Source: Callorhinchus milii
Lineage: Eukaryota
Length of the DNA stretch: 64,000 bases
Direction of reading: 5' to 3'
Assembly: GCF_018977255.1 (NCBI RefSeq)
Contig: NW_024704769.1
Location: 4,154,001-4,218,000 of the forward strand
Shown: one piece after another, positions 37,701 to 50,189 of the stretch
Position numbering within the stretch: the stretch's first letter is position 1
How the letters are laid out: the number at the start of each line of letters is the position of its first letter
Translations under genes and position numbers: made by a program
The notes under the pieces: model-generated
Database searches by the model: none
Seen by the model: the letters and a program-made list of their open reading frames with translations, nothing else
What the model was told of the DNA's origin: nothing

Positions 37701-40527
37701 CCTCCAGGTTCATGGCCTACCATTCGGTTCTGGTTGACAGTCAGGAGTACACGGCCTCACTGAAGGTGGTTCGAGAACTTGCTGCCAACATTACAGCGAG
37801 CATGAGGAAGGTCCCAGGCACCGACCCCAACTTTGAAGTCTTTCCCTACTCGTGAGTTTCAGCTCCGCACCATCTCACCTGCTCACAGCACCAACATGGC
37901 TATTCTGAACCCAGAAACCTCCGGTGTGTATGTACTAACATCCATTTGTCCTGTCTGCTGAGGTAATATTCAACACATTGTTGTCTTAAAACCACTTTCT
38001 TCATGTTAGAGCACAGTTAGTCTTGTGATGTCCTCTTGACACGAAAGGCGCTCCACAAATGTAATTTTGTTGTTGGTCAGAATCTGAGGTTAATAAATAA
38101 TACAATCCAGAGTCCCTCAGACTCACTCTCTTCCTCACCTCAAACAAATCTGTCTCAAGACCTACCTCTTTATCCACGCCTTCAGTCATTTTGAAAATGT
38201 GAATGGATCCAGTCATAATCCACAGCCTTTTGGAGCAAAGAAGGCAAAGATTCCCACTCACTTTTGTGTTTGTGTGAAAAACTGCCTGATTTCACTCCTA
38301 AATGGCTCTAATTTTAAGAACAATCCCACAGCGTTATTTTTGTCATTCAAAATGGTTTCCACACGGCAGAATCACCTACGTGTTTTACGAGCAATACCTG
38401 ACTGTGGTGAACGAGGGGCTGTTCAATATCTGTGTGTGCCTGATCCCCACCTTCCTGGTGTGCTGTTTATTGCTGGGGATGGACCTCCGGTCAGGCTTCC
38501 TCAACCTCGTGACCATCATCATGATCATCGTGGACACTGTGGGAGTGATGACCCTCTGGAGTATTGACTACAACGCTGTCTCTCTCATCAATCTGGTCAC
38601 GGTAAGGATCCATCTTGCTTTCAAATTCACTGGTACAGTGAAGGCCAAAGAGTCCTGTGTGTGTGTGTGTGTGAGAATGGGTGGGTGTGTGAGTGTGTCA
38701 GTCAGCCCACAAATCTCACACCTGCTTCAAACACTGCCCCACAAACACTGTCCTGTGTTGTAGTCTCCACTCGCGCTGCTAACCTGTCACTTTTCCCTGT
38801 GTCCCGTGACAGGCTGTGGGCATCTCTGTGGAGTTTGTGTCTCACTTAACACGCTCGTTTGCTATCAGCACTGAGCCCACGCGAGTTGAACGGGCAAAGG
38901 ACGCCACAGCCACCATGGGCAGCGCGGTGAGTAGCCTGCGTGCAAACGGCAAACAGGTACCGGGTGAACAGTTCAATGTCAAACATACACTATGGAATCC
39001 TAATCTTACAATCCGATCACTTATTGGTACAAGTGCTCTGGCCCTGTTGCTCACTAACCCTCCATCACTGCCCCTCACTGACACTCTACCTCGCAAGCGA
39101 GAGGATCTGGACTTGATTCACGGGCAGGACGAAGCCTTCGGCAAGTTTCCTTACTCCACGCACACGCCTGTTTCTCCAGCAGTAAGTAGGAACATGGTTC
39201 TTAGTCGATTGGCGGATTGCATTTCCGGGGGTAATAATCCCTTAAAAAAAAACTCAATCCATGACCTTTTGTGGGACGCTGCTGTGCGCAATTGGCTGCC
39301 CTGTTTCGCCCCAAAAATAGACTCACTGCACTTTACAGCGTACCTTGTGCAGCGCTTTGAGACGTCTGAACGACGTGATAAAGCGCTGTATCAAACGCAA
39401 GTATTATTTGTATGATCTCAGCCTCAACGAAAGCCTATCGTGTTAGATGTCACGATGAGGACAGGGTATGGCAGTGATGTACATCAGTGAGGACAGGCCG
39501 TGTACAAAGCCATTGTGTAAAGCCAGTGTGTCGGTCTGTGTGTTTCCAGGTGTTTGCAGGTGTGGCCATGACAAACCTCCCTGGAGTCATCGTGTTATAT
39601 TTTGCCAAAGCTCAGCTCATCCAGATTTTCTTCTTCCGCCTGAACCTGGTTATCACACTCCTGGGCTTGGTTCATGGCCTCATCTTCCTGCCCGTTCTCC
39701 TCAGCTACTTTGGTGAGTCGCTGCTCTGCGTGAGGAACGCTGCATAACTTCAGGTTCTTCTTGTTGATCGCTGCCGGTCTCTGCACGTGGAGTTAGTTAC
39801 CTGATCCTGACACCGGCATTAGAACCACCCACGTCACCCCCCCATCCCCACACAGAACACTTGTTCTTGGAAACAGAGAGCCCATTGGCTATTTTGTTTG
39901 GCCCACAAAACACTCGACTTTACAGTACATCCTGTGAAGCGCTTTGAGGCGTCTCACAAAGTGATACGGCGCTGTGACAGTGCCGTGGGAAGTCCTCCCA
40001 AATGGAAAGGTGCCGTACAAACGTAATTTTGTTGTTGTTTCAAATGCAAAGATTATTACCACTGTTATTATATTGCACCATCGGTGGTCAGGCCTTCAGC
40101 CCCTCCACCCCCACCCTTTGGAACTCCATCCCACAGTCCCTTCACCTCGACCTCTCCTTTGCCTCCTTTAAGTTCTATCTCAAGACCCTCCTCATTGACC
40201 GCGCCTTCGGTCACCCTCCTACCCTCTAGTTGTTTTTGGCACATCTTATTGTCTGAAACCTGTACGGCCTGAGTGTCAGCTCGAGTAATGCTCACAGCTG
40301 TTGTCTACTTCCTTCCAGGACCTGGTCTCAACAAAGCTGTGTTATTGCAGTTACAAAACGAGGCCGAAATGCAGGCGGAGAACCCTACAGTTAACGTGTA
40401 CGCCACCATTGAATACGAGAGACCAGAACGGGAAGGGAACGACTATTCCAATGGCCTAAGGGGAGCAGATAATTTGGCCAAGTTAACAAAGGAGCGAAAT
40501 ACAGAAGCTGTCTTCACCTCATTCTAA
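25757..40527 (+). CDS. NPC1L1: NPC1-like intracellular cholesterol transporter 1, about 1336 aa if the 1-nt deletion in exon 6 is repaired
   Basis: 19 exons: 25757-25807 (signal peptide [17 protein letters not shown]), 27383-28911 (Cys-rich [11 protein letters not shown]..., [16 protein letters not shown]), 29382-29482, 29776-29948, 31720-31848, 32142-32323 ([16 protein letters not shown]; frameshift), 32983-33097, 33918-34045, 34320-34457, 34852-34941, 35558-35748, 36077-36204, 36530-36659, 37013-37068, 37701-37851, 38370-38601, 38813-38926, 39550-39712, 40319-40527. The single giant exon 2 and the position next to DDX56 identify NPC1L1 rather than NPC1. AATAAA at 41552-41557. Confidence 0.95.
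26870..27210 (+). mobile_element. CR1-type LINE 3' fragment
   Basis: ...gagaaactatttcctctg...tccagaacaggg...cttaaaattagagccaggccgtttaagagtgaaatcaggaggcagtttttcacccaaa...ggctcgaggggctgaatggcctgctcctg. Related pieces lie at 19370-19545, 31865-31980, 33400-33872 and 57530-58015(-). Confidence 0.7.
30455..31560 (-). mobile_element. Degenerate L2-clade LINE, reverse-transcriptase/3' portion, in NPC1L1 intron 4
   Basis: Minus-strand translations contain [25 protein letters not shown] and [11 protein letters not shown] (RT motifs), broken by in-frame stops and followed by an L2 3' tail. Confidence 0.92.
33400..33872 (+). mobile_element. CR1-type LINE 3' fragment in NPC1L1 intron 7
   Basis: gggttaaattacgaggacaggttgcgtaaacttggtctgtag...gacctgatcgaggtgtataaaatgacaaagggatttgatagg...ggcttgaggggctgaatggcctcctcctgttcctatg. 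Confidence 0.75.
34158..34295. repeat. ~23-bp pyrimidine-rich minisatellite (attcccctctcccacacccctct)n; a related array lies at 35220-35360
   Basis: Tandem units visible directly in NPC1L1 introns 8 and 10. Confidence 0.75.
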
Positions 40528-42949
40528 ACCAGGGACGGCTTTTATTCAATGCACTATTCAGTTCCCATAGCTCAGGAGGAGACACACTCCCACTATATCA
40601 CAGACAGACAGACACCCACCCACTCACTCACGACACTTCCTTCGATCTTAAAACCACCCAGAACTCCAGCCTGGAAGCTGAGCAGCCCTGACAGTGTAGA
40701 TATTTTTCCCCCCAATATTTGCACTTTTTAAGATGCACTGAAATGTAGCATTAAACCCAATTATGTTGTGTAAGAAATATGTTTAATCTCTCCCCAACCA
40801 TCAACCCAACAGTACGCCACGACTCAACTCAGAAACTTCCCCAGAAACAGACCCTTTAAACGCCAGACAGTCATCACAGCAGCAGAACCCCATCTCTAAC
40901 CTGACAGCCCGACTATGCTGAGGAGCAGAGAGCTCTGTGGGTGGGTGTGGTTCTGAGCAACAGCAAACACCAGCACTGCGGGGATCACACGCCAGTATTC
41001 CCTCAGCTGTCCGTCCTTGCTCAGTCAGGTTAGATGGCGTTAGTGTAAACTGCAGCCCCAATGCTCTCTCCTTCAATTCCTCTGCCTTTCTTCCCTTCCT
41101 TCCCCATCCTTAAATCACGCCTGAAGATCTTCCTCTTTGACCGTGCCCTACGGTCACCTCCCCGTGGCTCGGTGTCGTGCTCCGCCACTGCCAAGTGCTC
41201 TGAGGCGCCACCTCCATGTAAACGCAAATTGCTGAACCGTTCTTTAAACATTCCAAACTCCGGCTCACGACTGACTCACAAACACCGGCTAAACTATCCT
41301 TTTGAATCCACCCCCGAGTGACACACCTGTGAGGAAGTCAGGGTCTGGGTCTGACTGATATCTTTTATCACCAGAATTCACTCCCAGTATCACCCAAGTC
41401 ATCGTCTTTCTAATTTACCCACTTCGGAAATCAGACAAAACGTCCCACACCACTAACTTCCCCTTATGTGACAAATACAAGGACTGTATGATTTTTGCTC
41501 TGTGCCACATGTACATGAAGATACACATGTTGCCTGACATGCGCGATTACCAATAAAGTTATGGATTTACAGTATTGACATTAGTCAAACCTTAGTATTT
41601 CACTTACTGATACCATTCTTATCTGCAGAGTTTGCTCAACCAGTTTAAAGCTTTTTTTTCCATCTGGGACATGATAGTCGGGGGCGAAACCTGGTTAGAG
41701 TTTGGGTGGGTTGTGCGTTACACGGTGCTGAAGTCAGACACCTTCCTTGACACAGGAAATGAGTCAAATCAAACGGATAAAAGGATCATTTTGCCCGGAG
41801 ACCCAAATACTAAACCAAAGACCAAAAGATTAATTACGCACCTTCTGTAAGTACCTAACAGATCTCTGGCTTCTGTTTCTGTTTGGATGAAACTGAACGT
41901 TAGCCTCTGTGGCACAGAGATCAAATCTACATCAATGTAAATAGCCAGGAATTAATTTATAGTTAATCCCAATTACTGCAGTTACTGGAAGACATGAATG
42001 GCTCACTGGTGGGTGAGACGTGCATTGACTTTGTGGTGCAGTGTACAGTGACTGATCACCGCCCCCTCTCTTGCCCCACCTCCGCCACAAAAGAAATTCC
42101 TAGCAACTTCTAAAGCAAATTTGTTTTATATATTTACACATTTCAGTAAAAGGCAAGATTACAAGTGTAAACATTCATGGCATCGCAACAAATCCAGCAA
42201 CTGTTATCAAAATACAATCTGTTAACTGAAAACGCCGATCTGATTACACAGAGCGTCGTTAGGTTAGAAACACGGCTGAAAATAATTTATCGCATCACAT
42301 TTACAAAGAGCAAATACTTCAGAAAACTGAGAAGTGTTTAGTTGTGATGAATGTTTGATGGACCTCACCTGCGATTCCCCCCCTCTCCCCTTCTCCCGCT
42401 CTTGGCGTGAGGCACATTGGAGCAGATTTCACTCCCAGATGAAGAGCAAAGCATCCCCTGCTCCGTACAACAGCAACTGTGGTCTTAGTTGGTTAGACTC
42501 CATCGGTTACCCCAACACACACTCTGGGCTCCCCCCAAGCCTTGAATCTCGCCAACCTACGCCTAATACTCTCCAGAATTAGGTGAAACAGGATGCGTCC
42601 CTCCAGGGAGAGCGAGAGCGCATTCCACTGAACTATCGCTGTGATTCCCGTGTGTAGGCGGGATGCATGGAAATCTCAGTTGAGTTTGGAGGCTCTTAAG
42701 CAACGGTGATGGGTTTCTGTGCGTGTCAGACAAAATAAAACGTACAACGCAAATCCCTTAAGATTAAAACGGCAACTACTCAACCCAGCGCCAGTGTGCG
42801 CAGCCGTGTCCCACAGCAGCCAAACTTACACTATCACTTGATGTTGGTAGCCCCGGCCTTGTGCTCACATCAGCGCTGAGTTTCAGCTCCAAACTCAACT
42901 CTCACCGGAGCTGCTTTGTTGCCGGGACATTTCGCCCCAAAGACTCTAT

Positions 42950-43315
42950 AAGAATAACAATCCTGGCATTTCATACGGCGCCTTATCACGTCCGCCAGAC
43001 GTCTCAAAGCGCTCCACAGGATACACTGTAAAGTGAGTTGACTGTATATTTTGTGGACGAAACACGGCAGCCAATTGCGCACAGCAGTGTCCCACACAAA
43101 GAGTCGTGGATTGACAAAATTATTATTTTTTGAAAGGATTATTACCCCCGGAACAGCAACCCACCAATCGACTAACAACCGGGTTCCCACTTACTGCTAG
43201 TAAACAGAGGAGTGTGTGTGGAATAAGGAAACTTGCCGAAGGTTTCCTCCCGGGCGGGAATAGAACCCACATTCTCTGGTCTGAGAGGCGAGAGCTCTAA
43301 CCACTGAGCTACTTC
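42950..43315 (-). mobile_element. tRNA-derived SINE (dominant family)
   Basis: Full head, body and tail in reverse orientation. Further minus-strand copies at ~46555-46940, 47770-47945, 48200-48475 and 48875-49200. Confidence 0.8.
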
Positions 43316-45892
43316 ATATTCAGACAACCAGAGCGAGGGCTTGGCTGGGCCAGTGCCGACCTGACATGGCAGAACCTCAGCACGGATCCAGTCACTTGTC
43401 ACCCGCCCACTAGTTAGTGAAAGGCACATGACTGGCTGCCACTTCCTCACACTGGTTTGGTTTAGGGGAAGTGACTGGTGCCAGCGATGCAGACAATACG
43501 ACCTGATGTCTCACTCACTTCCACCTGACAGATGAGGATGACGGAGCCAGATTGCAGGGAAACTGGGTTATTTTTTTTTTAAAAAAAGGAAAATGCTTCA
43601 AATTTCTTCTGGGATAGACTGACTTGTCGCGTTTGTTGAGCTGTGCCAGACAGTGATATCAATGGCAGGCTGTGGGTTTAGCTGGTTAGACCCCAGCAGT
43701 TACCCCAACGCACACTCTGGGCTCCCCCAAACCTGGGCTCTAGCCAACCTGCGCCTAATACTCTCTAGAGTTAGGTGAGCAGGATGTGTCCTTCCAGGGA
43801 GAGAGAGAGAGAGAGGGAGTGAGGGAGGGAACGCATCCCATTCCAACTACGTATCTCTGGGCTTCCATGCGTAGGATGGGAGGCAAAGAATTCTCAGCTT
43901 GGTTTGGAGACTCTTAAGCAACGGTGATGGGCTTCCGTGTGTGTCCGACAAAGCCCAAATAAAACAAAAACGTGCCTGGAAGCTTCACTAGATCAGACTG
44001 GCTATCATACCAAAAGCGATTAGAAACTCACTACACTGACATCAGATACAGGCCTCCCCCTAAATAACAGATGTGCACTTTTACACTCGCCCCTGTGCAC
44101 ACTCACGCTCTCCCCCCTCCCCCCCAAAGCCCGTTCACACTTCCAAAACAGCTCAAATCCAAACGATGCCGAGAGAATTGAATGTGAGCTGCCGGAGTAA
44201 GGAAGAGACTGAGCCAAACCCTGCTTCAGTGACAAACTCCACACAGATCTCACCCAGTGATCGAGACACACTGTGTGGAGGTGAAATGCGCACAGAGTGT
44301 GATAGCACCGTCTCACACACACAGGCCAGGCTCTGAGTGAGACACACTGGGCCACCGTGGGAGGTTTCTAACCTGTTCTGCCTCCAGCCCCCTGATTAGC
44401 CACACACAGCCCCCAATGAGCAGCTACTTATAGCAATGTTACGCTGCCATTTATTTTGCACACACCTCACTGTAAAGTAGAAACAAAAGTTCAGTACAAA
44501 CTGGGAGACACATCGAAGGAAGGGGGGGGGGAGGGGGTGAGATACTGGTCACAAGCCAGGCCAGACCCTCAGGTGCTAACTCATTCAGACGTTGAGCCGC
44601 AGAGAAGTGAGTGAGCCAGAAAAAGAGAGAGTGAGTGAGAGAGAGAGATAACACAAAGGCACGGATTATAACATTACTTTGAAGCTTTTAAGCTCAACAA
44701 AAAGTCACAGCAACTCAAGACCGTTTGAGTGAGTGAGTGAGTGAGTGAGAGTGTGGGAGAGTGAGCGAGTGGGAGAGTGAGCGAGTAGCAAGCAGAGAAG
44801 AGGAATAAATAACTGGGAACGGGGGGGGGGGGGGGGGGGGCATGGTTCAGGCTGGGCTCACTCCATGGGGAGAGCGAAGGATCAGGTCACCTGGTGCCTT
44901 CATGTCTCAACGCTGTCCCAGAGATAGGAGACCTGCTCCTGTGTGAACACATCACCACCTGCTATGGCTGTCAATGGTGTCCACTGTAACCCACTGAGCT
45001 CATGGCTGGGCCTGGGATCAGGTTGTCAGCAGGGAGGGGAGAGGGAGGGAGGGAGAGAGAGAGGGGGGGGGAGAGAGAGAGAGAAAGAGGGCGAGAGAGA
45101 GAGAAAGAGGAGAAAGGGAGAGGGTGGGGAGAGGTGGAGAAGGGAGAGAGGGAGGGAGAGGGGAAGAAGGGGGAGACCAGAGGAAAATTGGAATCAACGA
45201 GTTAAGCTGCAAAAATAAGACATTAGAGAGAGCAGCGAATTATAGAGTAAATAGTGGAATGTTTTCCCGAGAATCGTTTCTCAGGGACTGATCGGGAGGT
45301 GCCTCACTGAGGCTCGAGAATTAAGTAAATAAAAACTGAGCAAAATACTGTTGTCAGCGATAACTGTGACATAACAGGCAACTAACACAATGGAAATAAT
45401 AGACGGTGAGTCCCAGAAAGGAAGTAGTGTTAACAAACGGTAGAGATTAATGGTGAGAGAGGAGAGCTCCTGATAGACACCTCACACAGAGGGAAGCCAA
45501 TAGTAAACTGCGGAGTGGTCAGTAAGTCCAGTCTGTCAGCAACTTTCCTGACACACCACACGCACACACTTACACTACACACACGCGACTACTACTCACA
45601 CTACACACACACACACAGCTGTACAGCAACTCGTAGATACACACACACACACGTGTGTTATTGTGTCTCTCTCTATGCACCCACTCAGCAAGTTACTCTC
45701 TCCACAAACATACACACAGCAACACAATATCTCACACACACACGACTCTCTTCATCCTTCAGCCTCATTAGTCTTTGTTCTGAGATCACACAAGACACAG
45801 AAAGTACTGGTCGGAGCCATCAGACTGAGAGGCTGACGGGAGATTTTCTTGTTGAACCGAATGTTACTGAAGGCAGAGGATTGGAGTGCGTC

Positions 45893-48800
45893 TCACATAA
45901 TGTCACAGCAAGAATTCTGCTTCCGAGCCTGAGAGGGAGGGAGGGAGAGAGAGGGGGAGAGAGTGAGAGGGGGAGAGTGGAGGGGGGGGGGGGGGAAGAA
46001 GAGAGAGAGGGAGAGAGAGGGGTGGGAAAGAGGGAGCGGGAGAGAGAGTGGGGGGAGAACAGTTTATAGCCGATTCGGAGTAAACCCTTTTATGTTTGAT
46101 ACAGCGCCTTATCACGTTGTTGAGACGTCTCAAAGTGCTTCGCAGAATATACTGCAACGTGGCGTGACCATGTGTTTTGTAGGTGGAACAGGACAGCCAA
46201 TTGGGCCCGGAAGCGTGTCACAAACCGTCACGAAGAAGCAAAAATGGAGAGAGTCTGGACTGTGTGAGCTCAGAATCCCAACGGGGAGGCTGAACCCACA
46301 ACCTACTGATTTACAAGGCAAGAGAGAGAGAGAGCGCTGACCACTGAGCCAGTTAGGGTCAGCAATGTGGTGCTGTCCGGTGTCTAACATTGCTGAAAGC
46401 CCTGTGTGATGTTGTAGAAGATGTTGAGACTCACTGTTTTATAGAAGGCTTTAGACTGTGTGCCCAGCACCTCCGACTTGGAGACCAGATCATCCAACTT
46501 CTCTCCTCGCTCCAGCAGAGACTCCATGGTGTTGTGCTGTTAATCAGTACAATATTAATAATAATAACAATAATAATTCTGGCATTTGATATGGCGCTTT
46601 ATCACGTTGAGACGTCTCAAAGCGCTTTACAGAACATACTGTAATGTGAATTGACTATATTTTGTGGGAGAAACACAGCCAATTGCGCACAGCAGTGTCC
46701 CACTATACAGTCGTGGATTGAGTGACCAATTTATTACTGTTATTTATTTAGGTTTTTTTTGAAGAGATTATTACCCCCGGAAAGCGATCCACCAATCGAT
46801 TAACAACCGGGTTCCTACTGACTGCTGGTAAACAGAGGCGTCAGTGTGGAGTAAGGAAACTTGCCTAAGGTTTCGCCCAGAAGCCCCTGGGATTTGGGTC
46901 CTCTTGCTTGCGAGGCGAGCATGTTAACCAGACGCTACTTTCTCATAGCACTTAATGGGATACAGTGTGAGGTGTAGTGACTGTGGGTTTGGTCGGTGAA
47001 CAGAAAAGACGGGTCCATTTCTTACTAGATAATAGTAAAATAACAGTTAATTACCAGAATGATCTTGGTTTCGTCCAGTTCTGCTTGCACTTTGGACATG
47101 GCGTCAGCTTCTCGAGGGTTCTGGGGAAAGAGGTAAAGTCACTCACTGAGCAAGTCCCGCCTGTCTCTCTGGGTAAAACACATGGGCCAACTCCTCACAG
47201 CAGTGTCCCACAAACACGTGGATCAAGTGACCAACTTTCTTTTTTTCTTTCTGGAAGGATTATTACCAGTGCAGACTTGGGTCCCAGTTGTGCAGCTAAT
47301 TACAACAACAATAATAATCCTTGCATTTGATACAGCGCCTCATCAGGTTGTTGACACCTCACCCTACAGACCAAGCATTGAAGGAGAGGGAAGCGAAGGA
47401 GCCAGTGTTGATTCTCTACCACACGGACACTGACACTAACCTGGTATCGGGCGAGGTAGGCATCGAGTCCTTGGTAGTGGATATTTGCTGGACACCCTGA
47501 GGGCCAGTCAATCCTGTCCACCTGTCTGGAGAATTCATCCAACACCTACACAGATAAACATCCACATCATTCTCTAACCCACACAACGTGTATTTACACA
47601 GCGCCTGCTCCTCAGGCAGGATAGCGTCTCGAAGCGCTTAACAGTGGTGGAGCACGAAGCCGAGCCAGGGGGAAAGCACAGTCATCTGGTGTGTACTTAG
47701 GACTGTGGGGGGGGGGAAGAGTGATTCCAGTCTCTACGTATCCAAAGCTCTGACTCCTCTGCTTATTACCTCCAGAAAGTGATCCACCAATCGACTAACA
47801 ACTGGGTTCCTACTTATTGCTAGGTAACAGAGGCGCATGCGTGGAATAAGGAAACTTGCCTAAGGTTTCGCCCTGCAGGGAACTGAACCTGGGTCCTCTC
47901 GCTTGCGAGACGAGTGCTATTAGCATTGAGCTACAGGACCCCACTATCCTCAGCATTATAATCCTGGGCTGGCTCAGACGCGCTTGTCACAGGTTGGCTG
48001 AGGGGAAGGACAAAGGAAGGGAATTCTAAAGAGGTGGGTAAACGGGAATGAGGTGAGGAATGTGGTGACGTACCTTATCGAGCAGCGTGAAGCAGACACG
48101 GGAGGGATACTCGTTATCTGCAATCACCACCCCGGCCAGAGAGTCGTTCCTCACGTACACGTGACACAGGTAATCTGTGAAACAAGTGCCTTGTAATCAA
48201 CAATAATAATAATCCGCGCATTTGGCACAGCGCCCGATCACGTCATCGAGACGTCACAAAGCCCTTCACAGGATACACTGTAAAGTGGAGTCAACTGTAC
48301 ATTTTGTGGGTGAAACGCGGCAGCCAATTGTGCACAGCGACGTCCCACAAACAGCTGTGGATCAAAGTGACCACTTTTTTTTGAGGGAATATTACCTGCC
48401 CTGCCCGGGAATTGAACCTGGGTCCTCTCGCTTGTGAGGCGACTGCGTTAACCACTGCACTACTGGACTCCACAAATTGGAAAAGAGAAGGGAGCTTCCC
48501 CATTTCCCGCTTTAGCCATTTAGATCGTCTCTCCCCGCTCCCTAACCTCTTACCTTGTTCTTTCACCGCCGCCCGGCTCCCTTTCACTGAACGTTCCACT
48601 ATCAGCTGACTTGTGAACGTCATAAACTCCTGGACGCTGGAGAACGAGACGCAATGATATGAGAGGATAACACAGAACAGCTGCTCTCAGCCCCCTCACC
48701 ATCCCACAAAATACACACACACAACAAAGGGAATCTACCGTGGAAGGCGGAAGTCAAATAAAGGGGATTTTACAGGTACAGAACCAACATAAACCAGACA

Positions 48801-49370
48801 CGTTGGGAGAGAGGATGTCACTCAGACTGTGGCTGTAACTCACCACACGAACTGCTGACAGGGGGAACCTCAGATAATAATAATCCTTGCATTTGACTTA
48901 ACGCCTGATCACGTCGTTGAGACGTCTCAAAGCGCTTCACGGATTACACTGTAAAGTGTATTGACTGTATATTTTGTGGGCGAAACGCGGCAGTCGATTG
49001 CGCACAGTGGCGTCCCCACAAACAGCCGCGGATTAAACGACCAATTTCTCGGTGAGGGATCTGTACCCCTGGTAAGCGATTCACCCATCGACTAACAACC
49101 GGGTTCCTACTTACTGCTAACCAGAGGCGCACGCGTGGAGGAGCAAAGGAAAACCTGCCCGGCGTTTGCGGGAACTCGCGAGGCGGGGCAGCGATAACCA
49201 CTCGCGCTCCCGGACGGCACGAACGTTCCCAACTGAGCTCCAATCCCTCCCCGGGCCCTCGCTTACCTGGATCTCTGGAAGAAGCTGAAAGACGACACGT
49301 CGTAGGCGGCTTTCAGGAGGTTGGCTTTCGCGTCCGCTTTGTACAGCACACTGAGGCTGAACAGCTTCAT
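45893..49370 (-). CDS. YKT6: Synaptobrevin homolog YKT6 (longin R-SNARE), 198 aa
   Basis: Exons (minus): 49370-49267 (MKLFSLSVLYK...FSFFQRS), 48636-48554 (VQEFMTFTSQLIVERS), 48174-48074 (YLCHVYVRND), 47545-47441, 47120-47055 (NPREADAMSKVQAELDETKIIL), 46536-46435 (HNTMESLLERGEKLDDLV), 45928-45893 (ARKQNSCCDIM*, CCaaX prenylation motif). The exons sum to 597 nt. Confidence 0.97.
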
Positions 49371-49859
49371 GTCCCCGCCTCGCGCCGACCTGCACCGACC
49401 TGGGGGTGGGGGGGGGGGGGCAACAACAACAACAACAAGATTCCATTTATAGAGCGCCTTTCACGTCAGGAGGACGTCCCGAGGCGCTGCACAGTTGGGT
49501 CATGACCCGAGGAGGGGGGAAATGGTCAGGGTGAGGGGAGGGAGGGAGCGAGGAGGGGGGGGATGGTGAGGGGAGAGGGGACAGAAGGTTGTAACGTGAC
49601 ACACGGGAACAGACAGACAGGACCACAGAGAACATTATGCACAGAAATGTCTCCCAACGGGAGCTGTGGCTCAGACTGAAAGTGAAACCGTCAGGAGAGC
49701 CCTCACAGGGGCTCAGGGACTGGTCTCTCAGCCTCTGCTCCCGGGGGGGGGGGGCCTCTGACCACCCCAATACCCCCCCACCTCCCCCCGCCCACCCTCC
49801 CTCGGTCCTGGCTCTGCCCAGTCGGGCCTACCCCCGGGATCCAGGCCTCGGTCTCTCCC

Positions 49860-50180
49860 TCTCACTCACCCTGTGCTGTAGTAGTAGGAGGAGGAGGAGG
49901 AGGGGGGGGTCCGGGCCGGGACGCGGCGGGTGAGGGGGGGGGGGGGGGCAGTGTCTGTGTGTGGGAGGGGGAACGGTACAAAGGTCGGACCGCGACACGT
50001 CACCAACTCACCGGAAGCGGGTCCGTCCCTTCAAAGAGGTCCGCCCCCCCTCCTCTCCGTCACTTCCGGCCGCAGCGGGGAGCGGAGCTCGAGCCGAGAC
50101 AGAGAACTCGGCGGCACCGAGTAACGGTCAGTGGCACCGCGGGGGGGCACCGGGTAACGGGCACCGCAACAGTCAGAGGG
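49860..50180. promoter_or_regulatory. Bidirectional CpG-island promoter shared by YKT6 (-) and the LDB-family gene (+)
   Basis: Opposed ETS-type motifs CCGGAAG (50011) and ACTTCCGG (50062). Minus-strand donor ccg|GTGAGT at 50012/50011 with an acceptor near 49400 upstream of the YKT6 ATG. Candidate plus-strand donors at about 50121-50155. Confidence 0.7.
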
Positions 50181-50189
50181 CTTCCCCCC

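Noticed and set aside
45893-45910. YKT6 C-terminus CCDIM differing from human CCAIM
   Set aside because: The di-cysteine CaaX pattern is intact, and variation at this position is ordinary.
44943-46070. Arg/Glu/Gly- and His/Thr-rich ORFs
   Set aside because: Translations of (GA)n and (CA)n microsatellite tracts in the YKT6 3' region.
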